From Paraphysomonas bandaiensis (taxonomy: Eukaryota > Protista > Chrysophyceae): DNA of 64,000 nucleotides. The notes beneath the pieces are model-generated. The model saw only the letters and a list, made by a program, of their open reading frames with translations. It had not been told where the DNA came from and ran no database searches. The first letter of the stretch is position 1, and each line of letters starts with the position of its first letter. Shown here piece by piece: positions 62,501 to 64,000 of this stretch. The stretch is taken from assembly GCA_965644295.1 (NCBI GenBank), contig CBFFRP010000074.1, positions 1 through 64,000 of the forward strand, read 5' to 3'. The position numbers were made by a program, and so were the translations under genes.

Positions 62501-62546
62501 GCTTGGAAATGTCCACAGGAACATATATTGAGGGAGGAGCATTCAT
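59519..62546 (-). CDS. J-domain co-chaperone fused to FN3, SH3b-like and WW domains, multi-exon
   Basis: J-domain PYEALGL...VRKAYKKMALKYHP|DKN with the HPD split by an intron; FN3 PSGL...AELTW...NLSPGVRYHFRVR...GPWS; SPVVGYI...GGWALV; WW domain WYEQQDENGSVYYYNASTGESQWEAP plus a second degenerate WW. Confidence 0.8.
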
Positions 62547-63251
62547 ATGCTGATTAATTTATGACTCTACTGATAGGGAGTGATTTCGGTTGAATTATGA
62601 GAGTTAAATAGATGAAAAGGAGGGGAAATAATGATGATTAAGTTGTTGAAAGGATGGGAAGGGTGGAAATGAATAACATTCTTGGATATGTTAAGTATTA
62701 ATATCAAACAAATGAGGAATAGCTTTACAGATGTCTGTATATGATATTAACAGTTAAATACTGTCATATAGTATAGTACATATAATACAGAGATAATACT
62801 GTGTTGTAGGAAAATAACTCCTGCTTTTTGGGTGTATATTTCAGTGATTTTGTATCGAAACCACAGAAATATAGAAACATTTGTAGGATATATAAGGAAA
62901 AAAAATCATAGGCAATATATATACATCTATACGTTAAATTCCACGTATATCGTGTAGTAAATCGGGGAATACATCGTTCTATATTCTATATACACTGCAC
63001 TGCTACTGTGTAGTATATTCATATACATATACTTCATATAGGAGCATATGGTCTGTTGCATTGCGTATATATGTATATATCATAACTAGCTAATCCACTG
63101 ACTTAACAGCAATAACAGTGTATAGTGTGCTATCTACAAGCAAAGAATATTACTTGATATTTTGATAATCTCAATCCCTCATCTCTTCACAAGTAAAGCA
63201 TAAGTAATTCACTATTGAAGTAATTCCTGTATTTATAAACTGTGAAACAAG

Positions 63252-63932
63252 ATGCTCCGAGATGTTATTGGATTGAAGAACAGCCAAATCGTGGAAGATG
63301 AATTAGGAGATTTAATTGAACAGCTCAAAGTGCTTGGATGGAAAGATATGCGCCCTTGGAATGAATTTTTTGCTGTCTTTAAACCTCCCCAGTGGGATTA
63401 TAGATCACTCGAACAAAGAATTACAGCTAATTTTTTATTCTACCGAACGAATTATGTGGCAATATTTTGTGGAGTTTTTGTGGTGCGCATTATACTCGCT
63501 CCAGTATTATTTCTATGCATTACCTTGTGTGCCGCGGGCTCTTTTGCTACCATTACATTATGGAAGGATACGTTACGTGTTGGAGATATTGAAATCAACG
63601 AGAAGATGAAAATGACAATTTGTGCTGTCATTTCATTTGTGTTCTTGGGACTCTGTGGGGCTCTTGAGTTTCTTTTATGGGGAAGTATTATAGGTTTATT
63701 CCTGGTTTCGTTACATATGGTATTCCGACCGAGAAGTGTTTCTTCCCAGGGAAACAAGTATTATGAGGAGTCGAAACTGTCCAATCACGACTGGAGTGGA
63801 ACTTATGCTACGCCAAGTTCCGCTGCCATTTTGACTAAGGATGACCCCGAGGCCCCAGTTGCAGCGTCACAAGAGCCCAATGATATCTATAGAGGTGGCC
63901 TCACATCAACGTCTATGAGGAAACGGAACTGA
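63252..63932 (+). CDS. PRA1-family (prenylated Rab acceptor) membrane protein
   Basis: RPWNEFF, RITANFLFYRTNY, two hydrophobic hairpins and LHMVFRPRS. Confidence 0.9.
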   Translation: MLRDVIGLKNSQIVEDELGDLIEQLKVLGWKDMRPWNEFFAVFKPPQWDYRSLEQRITANFLFYRTNYVAIFCGVFVVRIILAPVLFLCITLCAAGSFATITLWKDTLRVGDIEINEKMKMTICAVISFVFLGLCGALEFLLWGSIIGLFLVSLHMVFRPRSVSSQGNKYYEESKLSNHDWSGTYATPSSAAILTKDDPEAPVAASQEPNDIYRGGLTSTSMRKRN

Positions 63933-64000
63933 TTCCTAGCTAGGTGCATGAGATTGGATATGAATGGATGAGCATAGCGTTGTGCAGTAAAAGTAGTGGT

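Overview
Intron-rich eukaryotic genomic DNA with short GT-AG introns. Gene style and transposon content suggest a stramenopile protist, possibly chrysophyte-like; this is an inference and no search was run. The first ~14 kb is a nest of retroelements: two homologous gag-like ORFs fused tail-to-tail, a truncated copia element interrupted by a second LTR element, and an intact-looking 5.3-kb Ty1/copia with identical 293-bp LTRs, TG...TA ends and a CAGTC target-site duplication (TSD). A secreted Cys-rich protein with an ADP-ribosyltransferase-like C-terminus sits within this nest. The rest holds mostly ordinary genes: a large multi-domain glycosyltransferase, RFC2, a PAM2-motif protein, myo-inositol oxygenase, a ZNF830-like protein, an M1 aminopeptidase, an SQD2-like GT4, a TPR-CaaX protein, a tandem-PH protein, an RluA-type pseudouridine synthase, a bestrophin-like channel, a secreted Hint/Hog protein, an ankyrin protein, a LamG/cadherin-like membrane protein, a J-FN3-WW protein and PRA1. 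The most distinctive signal is largely missed by the ORF track: a dispersed non-LTR retroposon system of six copies. Two are 5'-truncated coding copies ending in PKGRPPD with perfect 10-bp TSDs, and four are non-coding ~350-510-bp SINE-like copies with no tRNA-like head. All share a poly(A)-less 3' tail whose three-way-junction and GNRA-hairpin fold is supported by compensatory changes. One copy shows a twin-priming-type inversion, one a template-jump duplication, and two landed independently in copia solo-LTR relics.
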